Below, piece by piece: positions 24,001 to 33,992 of a DNA stretch of 64,000 nt (positions within the stretch are counted from its first letter, which is position 1; every line of letters begins with the position of its first letter). The position numbers and the translations under genes are program-made. This DNA is from Williopsis jadinii (Eukaryota), in contig AP024666.1 in assembly GCA_024346625.1 (NCBI GenBank), positions 1,612,001 through 1,676,000 of the forward strand, in the 5' to 3' direction. The notes beneath the pieces are model-generated. The model saw only the letters and a list, made by a program, of their open reading frames with translations. It searched no databases and had not been told where the DNA came from.

Positions 24001-24513
24001 CTCGGGATCACTGTGACGACAAAGGACCTTTCAGTGCACTACTACAATAAAACGCTAGACCTCTGGGAAAGCAATGTTCTAAACAGGGGCTCATCATCAA
24101 TAACGTTGGACAGGAGCTTGAGTGTCGTCTCCAATAAGATGTATTGTTTTGTTTCCGGGTATGTCTCTAATGATAGCAAGAGGTTTACGTCATATACTGG
24201 GTACATCAGCAGGTTGAAGAAGTGCAAATTTTCTCCACTTTGGTATCCAAGTCCATTGAGACGGTTTCTGTCCTTTGGAATAGGTGGTGATATTGATGTA
24301 TTCACCATGCTGACAAAAAACGAATATGGGAGCATCTCCCCAATGGAAAAACTTGACGAGCATGAAACGTCTGTTACTCACAAGGGATTGTGGAAGTTGG
24401 ATGAATTCAGACGCACTTCACACAGAGATGAACACGTTCTTCACAGTTATGCCCTCCATGAGAATAATCTGGATGAAGAACTACAAATGCTTCTACATTC
24501 GGTGTCCATATGA
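21028..24513 (+). CDS. MMS1: Mms1-like DDB1/Rse1-family beta-propeller protein
   Basis: About 1160 aa, beta-rich, DNWAPLWDVSVV motif typical of MMS1_N/DDB1 family; first ATG at 21028. Confidence 0.7.
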   Translation: MIDISAVREEDFGDVLDTDVSDVSAEVEAVVSDQDANHGALQGTVVSSPIVMAIYKVNYSINKPVEGLEELRSENDGNIMTSEMVRELNVPEGDSFNTDGFDSLEADMLKYTESKAKGAVSGADVKDDEVSEDYQPELDSVVVRVHQSYISTGEDSVFPLPAAVRACNVLPGASLGDGLFDEDTLVVTVMSQLVLLIRFFAQGDRVVPYVVQSWRTSHPTEDVSALTTVGREILVHKSGSVIALPAQKDIVRLYYCAQTRRGVMLDQIHNLVVDGTILHSCFLDPLKDVPGGHAMLCVMMITSQKRYVIRLYEWWIDERRISEHTPLLLNNDFEIPVFVIPFKQRIFMMMPKSIIVVGINNILSADKGFLGVEFPGSFPVSCFRPTTPIIAPDPDDEVLIATEDGTIYSVVIYDEKTHIRPILRIPKISKFILEKRDSQYHLVYSRDLSYGGCIVFDDIVRDSLATDKLEKSQGQMILKWDNWAPLWDVSVVTDKDNNEELWLAHGKYLSLLKRGYSATKEISDSSLKRASKVYMYEVNDSFYFIFSFVDKTLMFRLEDDSLVEINDNMIDMLRPTLYMYRFGDICIQVTDNSIMALDFYEDNVITKDFSEDIVMAHGLDEVLAVISEDVVNDEFRTTLTVHQLETSSWTSDPHKFLISASPNFVRVIAIEYRFFIVIGFQSSLAFWEQTENGFEFRDEIVIPFKELHDLIQVGDMMYLSTRYGKYICYNLRINDESIGLEYLYHMQLCTLPIEFHLAIDHILLISKGVWRLEFNSKFPVPIIFQETKERCVFSCIHTIGSKYAMLRDDGFTMVDVSSQYAPVLKTISLGKVPKKIQHICHLNVFAIMTESTLIFSNKHTVLETRLFSRKQNRSVFGNETLHHISEWILPTSEKSFRNILVACSNNNGGTIKVLQPKVHVEDANVIECFEIYSIKAPEAVLVVEQLNDNEIIYSSGSTLYKCQYDHNKKKMSEPISLKLFNELITGISVGELGITVTTKDLSVHYYNKTLDLWESNVLNRGSSSITLDRSLSVVSNKMYCFVSGYVSNDSKRFTSYTGYISRLKKCKFSPLWYPSPLRRFLSFGIGGDIDVFTMLTKNEYGSISPMEKLDEHETSVTHKGLWKLDEFRRTSHRDEHVLHSYALHENNLDEELQMLLHSVSI

Positions 24514-24520
24514 TACGTTT

Positions 24521-25018
24521 TCATTGATCATTACCGTACTGTTTTTGAATCTTTTCCAATAAATTGTTGATTCTTGGACCCATAAGAGGCTGTCCAGTTC
24601 TGGTCTTCTGCGATAGTAGTTCCTTCTTCTTGTCTCTTGCTTCACGTTTCAGCTGAACCGTTTCCATTCTCTGTTTTTTCTCCTTCTCGCGTAATTCTCG
24701 AAGGAACTTCTTTCTCTCTTTTGCTATCTGTTGACGTTCTTGGAACGACGGCCCCTTGTCGGCTTCTCTCACCACTCTGTGCCTATGTACTTCTTCCTTG
24801 TCTGGGACTGATTCTCCGGATCTTTCAAGCTCCTTGAGGTATTTCCTTTTGAGTCTGGCTTTATGTGTCAGAGCCTGTCTGATCTCTCTATCTATATCAC
24901 AGCGTTAGGATGTCATTCCCAGAACGGCAAAGCAACTCATCAACTTACTCTTCGACTCCCTTCTATCCAAATACGGATTCTTCTTCTTCTGGAAACGACC
25001 GTTCTTATGCTCAACCAT
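24521..25018 (-). CDS. FYV7: rRNA processing protein Fyv7; exons 25018-24949 and 24891-24521
   Basis: Spliced product MVEHKNGRFQKKKNPYLDRRESKNREIRQALTHKARLKRKYLKEL...TRTGQPLMGPRINNLLEKI; 57-nt intron GTAAGT...TCCTAAC...TAG. Confidence 0.9.
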
Positions 25019-25085
25019 CCTTAATCCAATAACTAATCCACCTCTGTAATTAAGGCACCAACAGATGGGAAAGATTGTTTAAGAA

Positions 25086-25093
25086 GCGATGAG
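25086..25093. promoter_or_regulatory. PAC element (ribosome biogenesis regulon) upstream of FYV7, next to an RRPE-like A tract
   Basis: GCGATGAG about 70 nt upstream of the FYV7 ATG; AAAAAAAATTCA nearby. Confidence 0.7.
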
Positions 25094-25258
25094 CTGAAGG
25101 GAAGGGAAAAAAATTCATTTCCTAATCGGGCCAGTTCCGATCACATACCTCGGAATTTACCGTTTTCGGAGGCCAGCACAGGTCGCCAAAGTGAACAACA
25201 AAGCGCATCATCACGAATACTTCAACTACTTGGGGGAGGCTCAATCAACCTTTAAACG

Positions 25259-25914
25259 ATGTTTTCGATCGTGCAGAGAGGTCAGCACGTCTTGAACCAT
25301 GCGGTTACTTTGATTGGTATTCTTTCGGTGTTTATTGCGCTCAGTTCATATGCCCTGCTCCAGCAGGGTGGAGCTTTCAACTTACCAAGCACAATATCAG
25401 GCGTTAGCCCGTGAGTTCTCCTTCCGTCATTGATTGGAACCATTACTAACGGATGAGCTATAGTCAAGCCACTGTGAGAATGAGCAGAAGGTTCGGCTCA
25501 GTTGGAAGTAAAGAGAAGGAGAATAACAAATTGACGTTTGATCTCCAGGCGGATCTGACGCCTCTGTTCAACTGGAACACCAAGCAGATCTTTGTCTATC
25601 TCACTGCTGAGTACCCTGGTAAATCTGAAGGCTCATCTAACAAAGTCACCTACTGGGATAAGATCATCACATCTAAGGACAATGCCAACCTCACTCTCCA
25701 GAATGAAAAGTCAAAGTACTCTGTGTGGGATGTTGAAGATACCTTCAGAAACAGAGAGGCCACGGTGAAACTGGAATGGGATATTCAACCATACGTTGGT
25801 ATTTTGATCTCTGGTGAGACTACTGGTGAAGTTGATGTTGTGTTCCCAACACCACCAACAGGTGAGGAGGCCAGAGCTGAGAAGATGAAGAGAAGACAAC
25901 AGAAGCAACACTAG
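25259..25914 (+). CDS. SPC3: Signal peptidase complex subunit Spc3; exons 25259-25410 and 25464-25914
   Basis: MFSIVQR plus TM; FDLQADLTPLFNWNTKQIFVYLTAEY, WDKII; 53-nt intron GTGAGT...TACTAAC...TAG. Confidence 0.93.
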
Positions 25915-26119
25915 GGATGAAAAGAAGTGATAAACATAGCAAGCGTGACGATATTAGTAGTATATGTTTCTATATAATTCAAAAGAAATGTATTCATCAG
26001 GCTTCAACTAATCAGGATAGTGCGACAAAAGTGGTATGAGGTGTTCTATGTACATGGTGTTTGTCCACGTCCCAAGTGAGTCTCAGCGAGAACAATTCAA
26101 ATGACAAGGGATCACGCCT

Positions 26120-28930
26120 TCAACGTCTCTTATGACCACCGGATAGCTTTGAGCGTAGCTCTGGTAGGTTCTTGATAAGCTTTGGATACTTCTTTCTTAG
26201 GAAGAGATAAGGATCGGACCATCCATCAAGCTTATCCCTTCCAGAGCGTTTGGAGCCAAGTCTTGTGTTGATGATGTAGGCATAAAGCATGTTGACCAAT
26301 TCTTGACGATATAAGTAACCCGTCCTCAAGTACGGTCTCTTGTACGGGCCTTTGGACGATGCCACCAGCAACAAAAGGTTCTGCTCTGCTTTCCGTTTGT
26401 TGATTGAGCGTAATATACGTCTTGATATTTCACCACCAATCAGCTTCTTCTCAATTAGGTACAAACCGTAGTGTAATGTTTGCTCTTGTCTGATGAAGCG
26501 ACGTACAACCCAGTTTAGATGCTTGGAATCAAAGGTGAAGTTGTTGACAAAGATTAAGTCTTTGAACAATAGGTAGAACCTCTTGATATCACCAACATGG
26601 GAGTAGTAACAGTAGATAGATTTGATGACAGAGTTGTAAATCTTCTTCATGTGCTTTGGGGCCGATGCAGTTTCATTCATGGTATTCTTGACCCGTTGTT
26701 GGAAATTGTGCAATACAATTTCAAATGACTTCCAATCCTTCTCCAACGCATATAGTTTCAGCTCTTCCTTCATAAAGTTCAGGTTATAATCAACATCAAA
26801 ATCAGGTCTCAAGACCTTGAAATTCTGCATCAGTCTATTCGCTTCGGCTGGTCTGTAATGTTTCAAGAATGCACTCACAAGCGGTTTGATAGCCTTGAAG
26901 TGCAACTTCTGGTCGATAGGCAGCTTCTTCTGTCTCAGCGCCTCCATCAAATTGTCAACAACCTGTGTTGGACGTTGGAGATTCTTGTTGTTGATTATAT
27001 CTAGCCGTATAAGCGCAACAAGTAACTCATGGTAGGTATATGAGCTTAGTATAACACGGTTTCTGGAAATCATGTTGAAAACTGTGAGGGTGTTCTCAAA
27101 CTGTTTGTGAGAGTTGTAACCATGCATCAATGTTGCGTAGTGCTTATTGGTAATCTTATAGCCACGAGTGTTCATATCATTCAGCACCTTCAGAGCACTA
27201 TTGAAATCTCCCTCAGAACAGTAATACTCTAGCTCTGAGTACAGTACCTTTGGTGGGGATTTGAACAGCTTCTTCGTTGCTTCCAAGGTTGCCTTTGCAG
27301 CTGTGAGATCACCCAATCTTAGATATGTTTTCATCAGTAGCAAATGCATCTTTTGGTCTGGGTTGTGGTTTGATTCTTCGTAGAATAGCTTCTGAACCTC
27401 TGAGTAGTTGTTGAATCGGTAATGTAACTCCATCAGCGCATATCTGAATTTATCGTTTGGCTCGATCTGTAGCTTCCTCATGGTGGATAGAACCTTAGGC
27501 AAAGTATCGATATCATCTGCATTCTTCATGGCTTTGAGTATCAGTGTGGCATGTTGAATGTTCAATCCTTTTTCACGTCTAGAAAGCATATCAAACAACG
27601 ACATGGCAGTTGTGATGCTTCCCTTCTTGGCCATCTGTTCTAGCAGAAGAGTAAAAGTCTTACCTGACGGCTTTAGCCCAGACGAGTATATCTTGTTCAC
27701 ATGTTCAAAGAACTTCGGTGCGTCTTTCTTGACCAGTTCCCTTTTCATTAGCACGTTGTAAAACATTGGTGTCGGCTTCTTGTAGTAAGTGGCATAATCC
27801 TCCGACAAAATATCAAACTCCTCAAACCGTTTATCCTTCAACAAGGTCTCTAAGACTCTTAGAGACTTGTATGGAGTCATAATTCCATCTTTGAATAACT
27901 GTTCTGTTATTGCAAATGCCTCATCCCTATAGTCCAACCCCGTAACTATGGGTATCATTGCCCTTTGGACCCTTGGGGTATGCAATGGCTCGTTATCTTT
28001 ATACAACAACATGGCCTTTCCATACATTTGTGTATATGACAATGCCTTTATAGTATGTACAAGCTGTGTACTCGTCTTATACTCATCTGGTGTAACTTTC
28101 CACAGGCGAACAGATTTGTCAAACTGTTCCAGTCTGTAAACCGCAAATGATACAGTTTTGTAAAAGTTCTCATGCTGGTCCTTTGGTAGGAACTGAGATG
28201 CTAACGAGCATATCTGGCCGATATCATCCACAGCTGAGATGATCCCGTATAGTACGGCCATGTGTTGTGAAGAGTTCCTGGTGTGTAGCAAATGTAACGA
28301 TTTGAAATCGATATCTGATACTATAAGCCATAGCAGAAGAGAGCCCTTAACCCTTTTCAGAGAGAGCAGCGAATGGACACTTCTGCTGAGAGCCTGTCTT
28401 CTGGTTTTGAAATCGAGCTGCGAGGCATACGACTTTAAAGCTTCATAGTCGCTTGATAGAACCAAGGCCTGCCATAGTAATGAGTCCTCGTGTGCATCCC
28501 TCGATTTCGTCTCCAAGAGATGTAAGACGGCCTCATATCGATGGTACTGTAGGAGCAATAGAAGTGCCTCTCTCTGTAATTCCTTATCCGCTGTTCTCGG
28601 TAGCAGCTTCACAATCGTGTCAATGTCATCTCTAGATTTCGAGCTCTTGTTCAGCAGCGAATCCATCGTCACCACAGCAGGACGTGCACTATCAGTGCTT
28701 CCCAAGTGGTTGTGTTCCACGAGAGTAGATCCGAACCTGAGCATCCAGCTGTACCTGTTGTTCAGCTTCCTTATGGCCATCCTATTCAATTTTGGCACCA
28801 TCACACTCTGTAGCATCTTCTTGGGCCTCGACGACGCATATTTACCGCACGTCTGTATATTCCAGCTCAGCAGGTCTGTGCATCTTGGGTCCATCAGTTG
28901 TAAAGGCCGTGGTAGCCTTAGAGAAGACAT
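26120..28930 (-). CDS. PET309: Mitochondrial pentatricopeptide-repeat protein, Pet309-like
   Basis: About 936 aa basic helical protein with PPR-like units (HYATLMHGY...; GLKPSGKTFTLLL; PTPMFYNVLM); first ATG at 28930; exact orthology inferred. Confidence 0.65.
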   Translation of the reverse strand: MSSLRLPRPLQLMDPRCTDLLSWNIQTCGKYASSRPKKMLQSVMVPKLNRMAIRKLNNRYSWMLRFGSTLVEHNHLGSTDSARPAVVTMDSLLNKSSKSRDDIDTIVKLLPRTADKELQREALLLLLQYHRYEAVLHLLETKSRDAHEDSLLWQALVLSSDYEALKSYASQLDFKTRRQALSRSVHSLLSLKRVKGSLLLWLIVSDIDFKSLHLLHTRNSSQHMAVLYGIISAVDDIGQICSLASQFLPKDQHENFYKTVSFAVYRLEQFDKSVRLWKVTPDEYKTSTQLVHTIKALSYTQMYGKAMLLYKDNEPLHTPRVQRAMIPIVTGLDYRDEAFAITEQLFKDGIMTPYKSLRVLETLLKDKRFEEFDILSEDYATYYKKPTPMFYNVLMKRELVKKDAPKFFEHVNKIYSSGLKPSGKTFTLLLEQMAKKGSITTAMSLFDMLSRREKGLNIQHATLILKAMKNADDIDTLPKVLSTMRKLQIEPNDKFRYALMELHYRFNNYSEVQKLFYEESNHNPDQKMHLLLMKTYLRLGDLTAAKATLEATKKLFKSPPKVLYSELEYYCSEGDFNSALKVLNDMNTRGYKITNKHYATLMHGYNSHKQFENTLTVFNMISRNRVILSSYTYHELLVALIRLDIINNKNLQRPTQVVDNLMEALRQKKLPIDQKLHFKAIKPLVSAFLKHYRPAEANRLMQNFKVLRPDFDVDYNLNFMKEELKLYALEKDWKSFEIVLHNFQQRVKNTMNETASAPKHMKKIYNSVIKSIYCYYSHVGDIKRFYLLFKDLIFVNNFTFDSKHLNWVVRRFIRQEQTLHYGLYLIEKKLIGGEISRRILRSINKRKAEQNLLLLVASSKGPYKRPYLRTGYLYRQELVNMLYAYIINTRLGSKRSGRDKLDGWSDPYLFLRKKYPKLIKNLPELRSKLSGGHKRR

Positions 28931-29886
28931 CTTATCAGGGGAAAACGACAAATGATCTGTATTCGGGTTATGAATCTCTGTAACCAAACTTTTCGGCCAA
29001 TGCTTTAAAATGACAGTGCAATCAAACGCTTCAACTGGGGCCGCTACAACCTGGGAGACTCAACAATGGCGATGGAAATCGGGCGCACAACTGTATGTCC
29101 TAAGTGCAAGTTATTGGTCTTCTATGCTCTTGAGATCAGCGGCTTGTGATTTAAGTCCAGTTGTTTACAGAAGCTCTCTGTGCTATTTTGATTGTTCCAC
29201 TTTTTTGCACGTCTTTGTGATGGGCTTTGGAATTTTTTTCCGATTCCCGAGGCCCTGGCGGTCGGAATTATCGGGAAACATCCGGACACCTTCACATCCG
29301 GACATCTCCACCTATGGCTCATCGGGCAGGGCCTCATTGTGGTGAAGACGAAGGTGACGAACAGGGTTACAACTCATTAGAGCCAATGGAAGGCATTGGT
29401 GGGATGAACAGTACTACAGATCCATCAAAGTAGAATTCTAAGATAAATTAAAGCCAAAGAAAAAGAAGAGCGGATGCTTCACCACTGTGAAGCAAACGAC
29501 ACAACACTAATGGCAGCAGTAGTAGGCATACCTCTCTTTAGCACACACACCAGTGTGGGAGATCAAAGTTCCTCTAAAAGTCAACCTCCAAGAGATATCC
29601 AACAGTGTGTAAACATTAACAAAACAAAGCACCAGTGGCTCAAATGTAATGAAGGAGCCAGAAAATGGGGGGGGGAAGTTGTTCATCGCCACGGCCGTCG
29701 AAGTCAACGCCATGGGGCATCGGATAAGATGAGAGCAACGTGTAGAATCATGAGAGGAACAATGCAAGCGAGCGTAAAGGAATCATTATCATCAGGGAGT
29801 CAAAAAAGGAATATTCATGGCGGGGAACTCCCGCCTCCATGAGAAGGACAAACAAATGTGCAAGGAGTAAACGTCTCGGTGCACGT

Positions 29887-30135
29887 TCAAACCGTGCTCT
29901 TCAGCGGAGCATCAGCGGTCAATCCGCCATACGTCGGAACAGCGTTGTAAAAAGAGTCCTTCACTTCGCCTGCAACGGTGGCAACGATCTCGTTGTTTGA
30001 ATCCAAGATATAGCCTTGCTTGCTGTTATCTGGGAAGACAGTGGCGCAGTCGTTGCACAGTGGCGACTTGACGAACTCGTTGTACGCCTCTGGCGAGGTG
30101 AGCTCGATCGGCGTTGTGTTGATTCTCAGTGTCAT
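29887..30135 (-). CDS. Small conserved protein, resembles S. cerevisiae YBR085C-A
   Basis: PIELTSPEAYNEF...TVFPDNSKQGYILD...EIVATVAGEVKD matches my recollection of YBR085C-A (PVELTT...YQEF...GYVL...VIANIIGEAKD); TATATAAA about 100 nt upstream. Confidence 0.75.
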   Translation of the reverse strand: MTLRINTTPIELTSPEAYNEFVKSPLCNDCATVFPDNSKQGYILDSNNEIVATVAGEVKDSFYNAVPTYGGLTADAPLKSTV

Positions 30136-31051
30136 CTTGGTTGTGGTAGTATTCAGAGTAGTAGTTGTGGCCTCTTGAACAAGTCAACAGCACAGAACAA
30201 AAGACATCTTCCAGTGGAAATGACCAACGCTTTATATACCACAAAACAGGAAATGCCAATGAAAGACTGAAAGGAGTCGGAACGTCATCTCTGCATCAAA
30301 CGTTACATCAAGCAGTTCTGACTAATTATCTGTGGCCCTACTGCAAACGGTTGTAAAGGGTTGTAAATTGAATGCAGATAAGCACCTCAAGACACCGGGA
30401 CAATTTTTACTTTCTCATCTGTCTCGTCTAATCTATGGAGAATCGGAACTTACAACCTGACGGGCCTAGACCTCGTGATAAGACTGCTGTGTATTGGGTA
30501 GCGTAGTTGGCCTGAGGTTTCCTGGTGCTTTCTGTGTGCCGTTGATAACCCTTTCGTTCAATTAGATCAGGGCAACCTCTCGCTCCCCCTCTGCCTACGC
30601 TCCCCCTCCTCTGCCTACGCTGCGTACGCTGTCTACACTGCTTGTGATCATCTACCGGACCGGTGCGCTGCTCTCCAGTGCGGTCACCGGTGGTGCCAGG
30701 CCATCCAAGCGTTGTTAGGAGATTGCGGTGACATCAGCGTCGGGTTCCTCGATCCGAGCAACAGAGGAGTCGCTTGGTGCGGTAGCGGTCATCTGATCGG
30801 CTACCGAGGTCGCATTCGGTAATGTTATCCCGCGGTGGCCAGGGTTTCGTCGAGGTGGGCGGGACGCTGTCAGCTGTTGGCTGTTGGCTGTTGGCTGTGA
30901 ACTGGGAGTTGTCAGCTGCCTGCCAGTACAGTGTACGGTCCATCAGCGAGTGGTACAACACTGCTGCAGAAGCTATCGTGCAATTGCATGTTATTCGGCA
31001 TCTATATCGTAACAATGGTACATACAACGCGCATCACAGATGTTCGAGCAT

Positions 31052-31930
31052 TCACTTGAGCTCCTTCTCAAAGACTGGGAACTTCAGCCCGTGACATCCC
31101 TTGTAGCCGGCATTCTTTGGCTGTTCCCAGCCCTCGAGCAGAGAATCGTCAGTGATCTTGTAGACCTCGATGCCCAGTGGTCTGCAGCAATCAACCATGT
31201 CAACCTTGGTGTCCTCGTCTCCTTCACCCCAGTCCCACGCACTCAAATCGCCACCTGGACATGCGCTGATTGCACACAGAAGGTCAACCTCTGCAAAGAA
31301 CTCAAAGTAGTCACCTGGGATCGCAGGACACGTCTCCATGTAGTAACGGCCCTTGTGATCCAACCCTGTCACTTGGAAGATGTTCAGAACGTCATGCACG
31401 TCAAACTCAGTGCCTCCGTATGGGATGATCGCTCTGTACAAGTTGGAATGGCAGTGGAAATCGTTATCCTCACCACTCAGAAGAGTATCAACGTATGGGT
31501 CACATCTCGTTCCCAGCAGGTCGTGGATCTGATCAATCTCCATACGGTCCCTGATAGAGTCGCCAGTGACGGTCAGCAGCGGTCTCAAGTACGGTAAGTT
31601 GGACCACAGGCGGTCGTACTTACGAACATGTGCACCTTGTAACTGTCTGGTTCTTGCGGCCCACAATCTCTCCCTGAAGTTGTCCGCACTCCAAACGTTG
31701 AAATCACAGACTTGAGGGCCCTCTGGTGTCGTGATACGCACGATGGACCCAGCTGGCACTTTCCACGCCCTGCCGCTACGGATAGGACAGATCTCGCGGT
31801 GAACCAGCTCACGGGCCTTGGTGTTGGCGATGGCATCGTAGAACTCCTTGTTGACATCCAAGATGGAGCCCTTGGTTGGGAGGTAGGCAGGCGTTGGGTT
31901 CTCCTTTGGTTTATAGACAGGCTTGGACAT
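31052..31930 (-). CDS. DUF1989 (urea carboxylase-associated family) protein
   Basis: GRAWKVPAGSIVRI, GPQVCDFNVW, HDLLGTRCDPY, CHSNL, DVLNIFQ, SACPGGD. Confidence 0.88.
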   Translation of the reverse strand: MSKPVYKPKENPTPAYLPTKGSILDVNKEFYDAIANTKARELVHREICPIRSGRAWKVPAGSIVRITTPEGPQVCDFNVWSADNFRERLWAARTRQLQGAHVRKYDRLWSNLPYLRPLLTVTGDSIRDRMEIDQIHDLLGTRCDPYVDTLLSGEDNDFHCHSNLYRAIIPYGGTEFDVHDVLNIFQVTGLDHKGRYYMETCPAIPGDYFEFFAEVDLLCAISACPGGDLSAWDWGEGDEDTKVDMVDCCRPLGIEVYKITDDSLLEGWEQPKNAGYKGCHGLKFPVFEKELK

Positions 31931-32263
31931 TGCTTCTGCTCTCTGAAGTGCTCAAACTAGCACACTACGACATCGGAAAGGTCCATTCTACCGTCTTTAT
32001 ATACTTCAGTACCGACTCTGACGAAAGCGCCGTTGACTCGCTAACGATAGTGCAACTGATCATTTATCTTGAAATCCCGCTTGAAATCGAAACCTCCAAG
32101 CAGCGCCGGAGTTTAACGCTGCAACGCCATTGGTCGAGGGTGCGGAGTTGGCTTTCCTAGGCTGGCCCTGGTTATGTACGAGCTTCTGGCTTACTTCAAC
32201 GGTGAGGGTGCTATTAACAAGATGAATCTATACAATTGACTATGAAAGCATCGTCGCACAGAG

Positions 32264-33364
32264 TCACTGGACCCTTACCAATGACTCTTTGACGCGCCAT
32301 AAAACCTCCTCGTATCGTTCCCCATCAGAGTATCCCTCCAGGTGGACGTGTCTAATACACTCTCTGACTCTTGAGGCTGATATGGCATGAGTCTCGTTAA
32401 CCACGATGAAATCGTATACAGATATCTGTCGTAGGAGTTCCAGTTCGTCACCAAAGTTGTTGATGTGAAGCACGAACGCGTTCTGTGCAATGGACTCCTT
32501 CAACTCAAGGTCGATACTGTCGTCAATGCCAAAATCAAACTCCACTCTTGGATAAGGCCTGGTCTCATTCCCATCTGAATCACTTTCTGGTGTTAGTCCA
32601 TTCGCAGTGTAACTCTGCATCGCGTCGCCCGTCAGCGACGTGGTACTGAAATTTGGTGTGTTCAGCAACGAGTTCAACTGCGATGAGCTCCTGTACTCTT
32701 CGCCTATGGAGCCACCTGGGTGTCTCTCTCCGAATATCCGCTTCCTCTCGTTGATATCTGACACATACACCTCGGATAATGCGATGCTGACGGCGTCTGC
32801 GAGTGCAAGGCATAACGTTGTGGATATCGTTGGTGCATTGAGGCCATATATGGTCTGCTCTGATAACTCTGTGGGCAACTCTGCAAACAGCAGCGACTTT
32901 ACCTGCGGGTGTGCCGATAGCGTACTCGTCCTCTTGTTTGTCAACAGCACAACAGGCACCTCAGGCGGGATGTGTTGTAAAAGATGAACCATCTCTGGTG
33001 ATTTCCCGGAGGAAGAAATCATAACGAGACAATCGCTATTCTCCTTGCGCAGGATACCCAAATCACCGTGTAGTGCCTCTGTCGGATGTAGCGTGGCAGC
33101 TTGGATTCCCAACGAGTTCAACGTTGCACACATCTTTGCGCCAATCTTGTAGGACTTGCCTATGCCACACACCACAACCTTGCCATTACGCAACAAGCAC
33201 GAGTTCATCAAGTTCAATGACTTGATGAGTTGGCGTCTCGCAAAGCTGCTGTGCAACTGCTGGTTCGTGATATGGTGCATTGCCATCGTCTGGTTCTTGA
33301 GAATCTTGTCCAGCGTCTCCAGCGCCGACTCCAAGTGCTCCTCATGGTGTATTTTCATGCTCAT
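32264..33364 (-). CDS. SIS-domain sugar-phosphate isomerase, KpsF/GutQ-like
   Basis: GKVVVCGIGKS..IGAK..ATLNS, HPTEALHGDLG, SSSGKSPE, APTIST, HPGGSIG. Confidence 0.88.
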   Translation of the reverse strand: MSMKIHHEEHLESALETLDKILKNQTMAMHHITNQQLHSSFARRQLIKSLNLMNSCLLRNGKVVVCGIGKSYKIGAKMCATLNSLGIQAATLHPTEALHGDLGILRKENSDCLVMISSSGKSPEMVHLLQHIPPEVPVVLLTNKRTSTLSAHPQVKSLLFAELPTELSEQTIYGLNAPTISTTLCLALADAVSIALSEVYVSDINERKRIFGERHPGGSIGEEYRSSSQLNSLLNTPNFSTTSLTGDAMQSYTANGLTPESDSDGNETRPYPRVEFDFGIDDSIDLELKESIAQNAFVLHINNFGDELELLRQISVYDFIVVNETHAISASRVRECIRHVHLEGYSDGERYEEVLWRVKESLVRVQ

Positions 33365-33992
33365 CTCCTTCTCCGCTCAGCCACGCAGATCGTGTCTCTT
33401 GAAACCTCTTGTAGCACCTGTTTCTGTTTCCCTTCTGTCTTGTACCTGGTGGGACTCAACAAACCTAAAATGGCACAATTCCAACTCCTGGCATATATAT
33501 ACTCAACGCCAAACGTATTTGGTTGAGACTTCGACCTGATTTAGTACCCTTCTCGTAGTACGCCACAATTGCACTGATTTCCGAGGCGGATATGAGTAAA
33601 CGAGAACAAAAGGGGGAAAAACACAGGGCCTCGTCTGTTGCACTTCTTTCCGCGGGGACAGTTACGTCTGCTGAACTGGTGATGTTCCCACAGTCAATTG
33701 AGGTGTTACTTAGGGGGAAGAGGTGGTGTCCAATTGGAACTGTTCCGCTTGATTACAACCGTGCAAAAGGGATGAACGAAGTAAACGCTTATGGGGGCAA
33801 AACGGGGGTGTTCGTATGGATAATTAAATCTCACCTCCGTGCGCTCATGGCGTCTTCTCGAGGACTTTGAATCCGGATATTTTTCTTTTTGCCATCTGCT
33901 CGAGGCCGTTGGGGAAGAAACGTTAATCTCCGGCTGTGTGGCCCAAAGTGGAAACGCAGGGCGAGTGAGCACTTTAAGGCCGTCCAGCTTGC

